Shown one piece after another: positions 63,261-64,000 of a DNA stretch of 64,000 bases (its first letter is position 1; each line of letters begins with the position of its first letter). The stretch lies in assembly GCA_044892525.1 (NCBI GenBank), contig CM097885.1:114576001-114640000 (forward strand), read 5' to 3'. This DNA comes from Schmidtea polychroa (lineage: Eukaryota). Made by a program: the position numbers and the translations under genes. The notes below the pieces were generated by a model. That model ran no database searches and was not told where the DNA came from. It saw nothing but the letters and a program-made list of their open reading frames with translations.

Positions 63261-64000
63261 CACCAACCGGCAATTGATTATCATCAAATGGCCATTCATT
63301 TGCATATTTAATAATATAAATATTAACTTACCTATAATAAATGTGTGTGTGTCATAGCCAGAAGGGACATTCAATTAGCTAGGTGACATTGAATTAGCTC
63401 TTACACTATAGAAAGATAGAAAAAATTGCTGTTGGAAGAAAAATAAATAAATACATACAAACACGGTTCACAAATTTTCTATAATATAAAATACACACTA
63501 TAGGACATTGATTTATCATAAGGACATTCAATAAGCTAAAAATTTTCATTTTTAAATCAAATTATTATCAAAATGTTCGAAGATATTTCAGAAGCTTCTT
63601 CAGAATCAACAATTCCATTTCAAGAAATTCATAGAAATGTGTAAGTTTTTCATTAAACTTTAATTATTTTTTAAAAATCGATATAGAATTACCATTAAAG
63701 ATAAAGAAAGAATCATTAAATCCATGGAAGATGGCCATGATTATTATGAATTAGGCCGTATTCTTGGAATTAAGCGGAATACAATAACCAGCATTATTTT
63801 GAAATATAAGAAGACTGGAATTTTATCCGCAGGAACAAGAGGAGGCAATCGACCAACAATTATCACAACAATTATTGGCCAGGAATTATTGAACTATGTC
63901 GAAAGAAATTATTATTCGACATTAAATCAAATGAGATTGTTTTTATCTACAAATCACAATGTAGAAATTTCCACAAAATCAATATCCAGGTACCTGAAAA
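63261..64000 (+). mobile_element. Tc1/mariner (IS630-like) transposon, 5' end with an intron-containing transposase
   Basis: Starts CACCAACCGGCAA after TA, at the point where similarity to 48186 stops; exon 63573-63640, 46-nt GT-AG intron, exon from 63687 gives KDKERII...ELGRILGIKRNTITSII.KYKKTG...GTRGGNRP...STL.QMR...SISRYLK (paired-like HTH, GRPR-like linker). Confidence 0.85.

Overview
Very AT-rich animal genomic DNA (standard genetic code, GT-AG introns, smallest introns 37-47 nt, ciliary genes present); a planarian-like invertebrate is plausible, but the species cannot be fixed from sequence alone. Three host genes are supported: the 3' exons of an ERICH6/FAM194-like gene (3689-8774, +), a complete six-exon methylmalonyl-CoA epimerase MCEE (26506-40861, +) and a CEP164 N-terminal ORF (61714-62940, +) that breaks off into duplicated repeat DNA. 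Nearly everything else is nested mobile DNA: MULE, hAT (plus two hAT MITEs with 8-bp TSDs), piggyBac (element and MITE), Tc1/mariner, a Penelope-like retroelement, Ty3/Gypsy pol fragments, a chuvirus/gB-type env remnant and a young 14.9-kb LTR element with no pol (1547-bp LTRs, tRNA-Pro PBS, CAGG TSD) with a second partial copy. The 13.4-kb fourth intron of MCEE holds two convergent, divergent Maverick/Polinton capsid modules and, near its 5' end on the minus strand, a canonical minimal hammerhead ribozyme directly downstream of a perfect U1 snRNA 5'-end sequence. A 1.8-kb palindrome in the ERICH6-like intron looks built from two Maverick-type terminal repeats. All protein-family calls come from motif recognition by eye; no database search was run.
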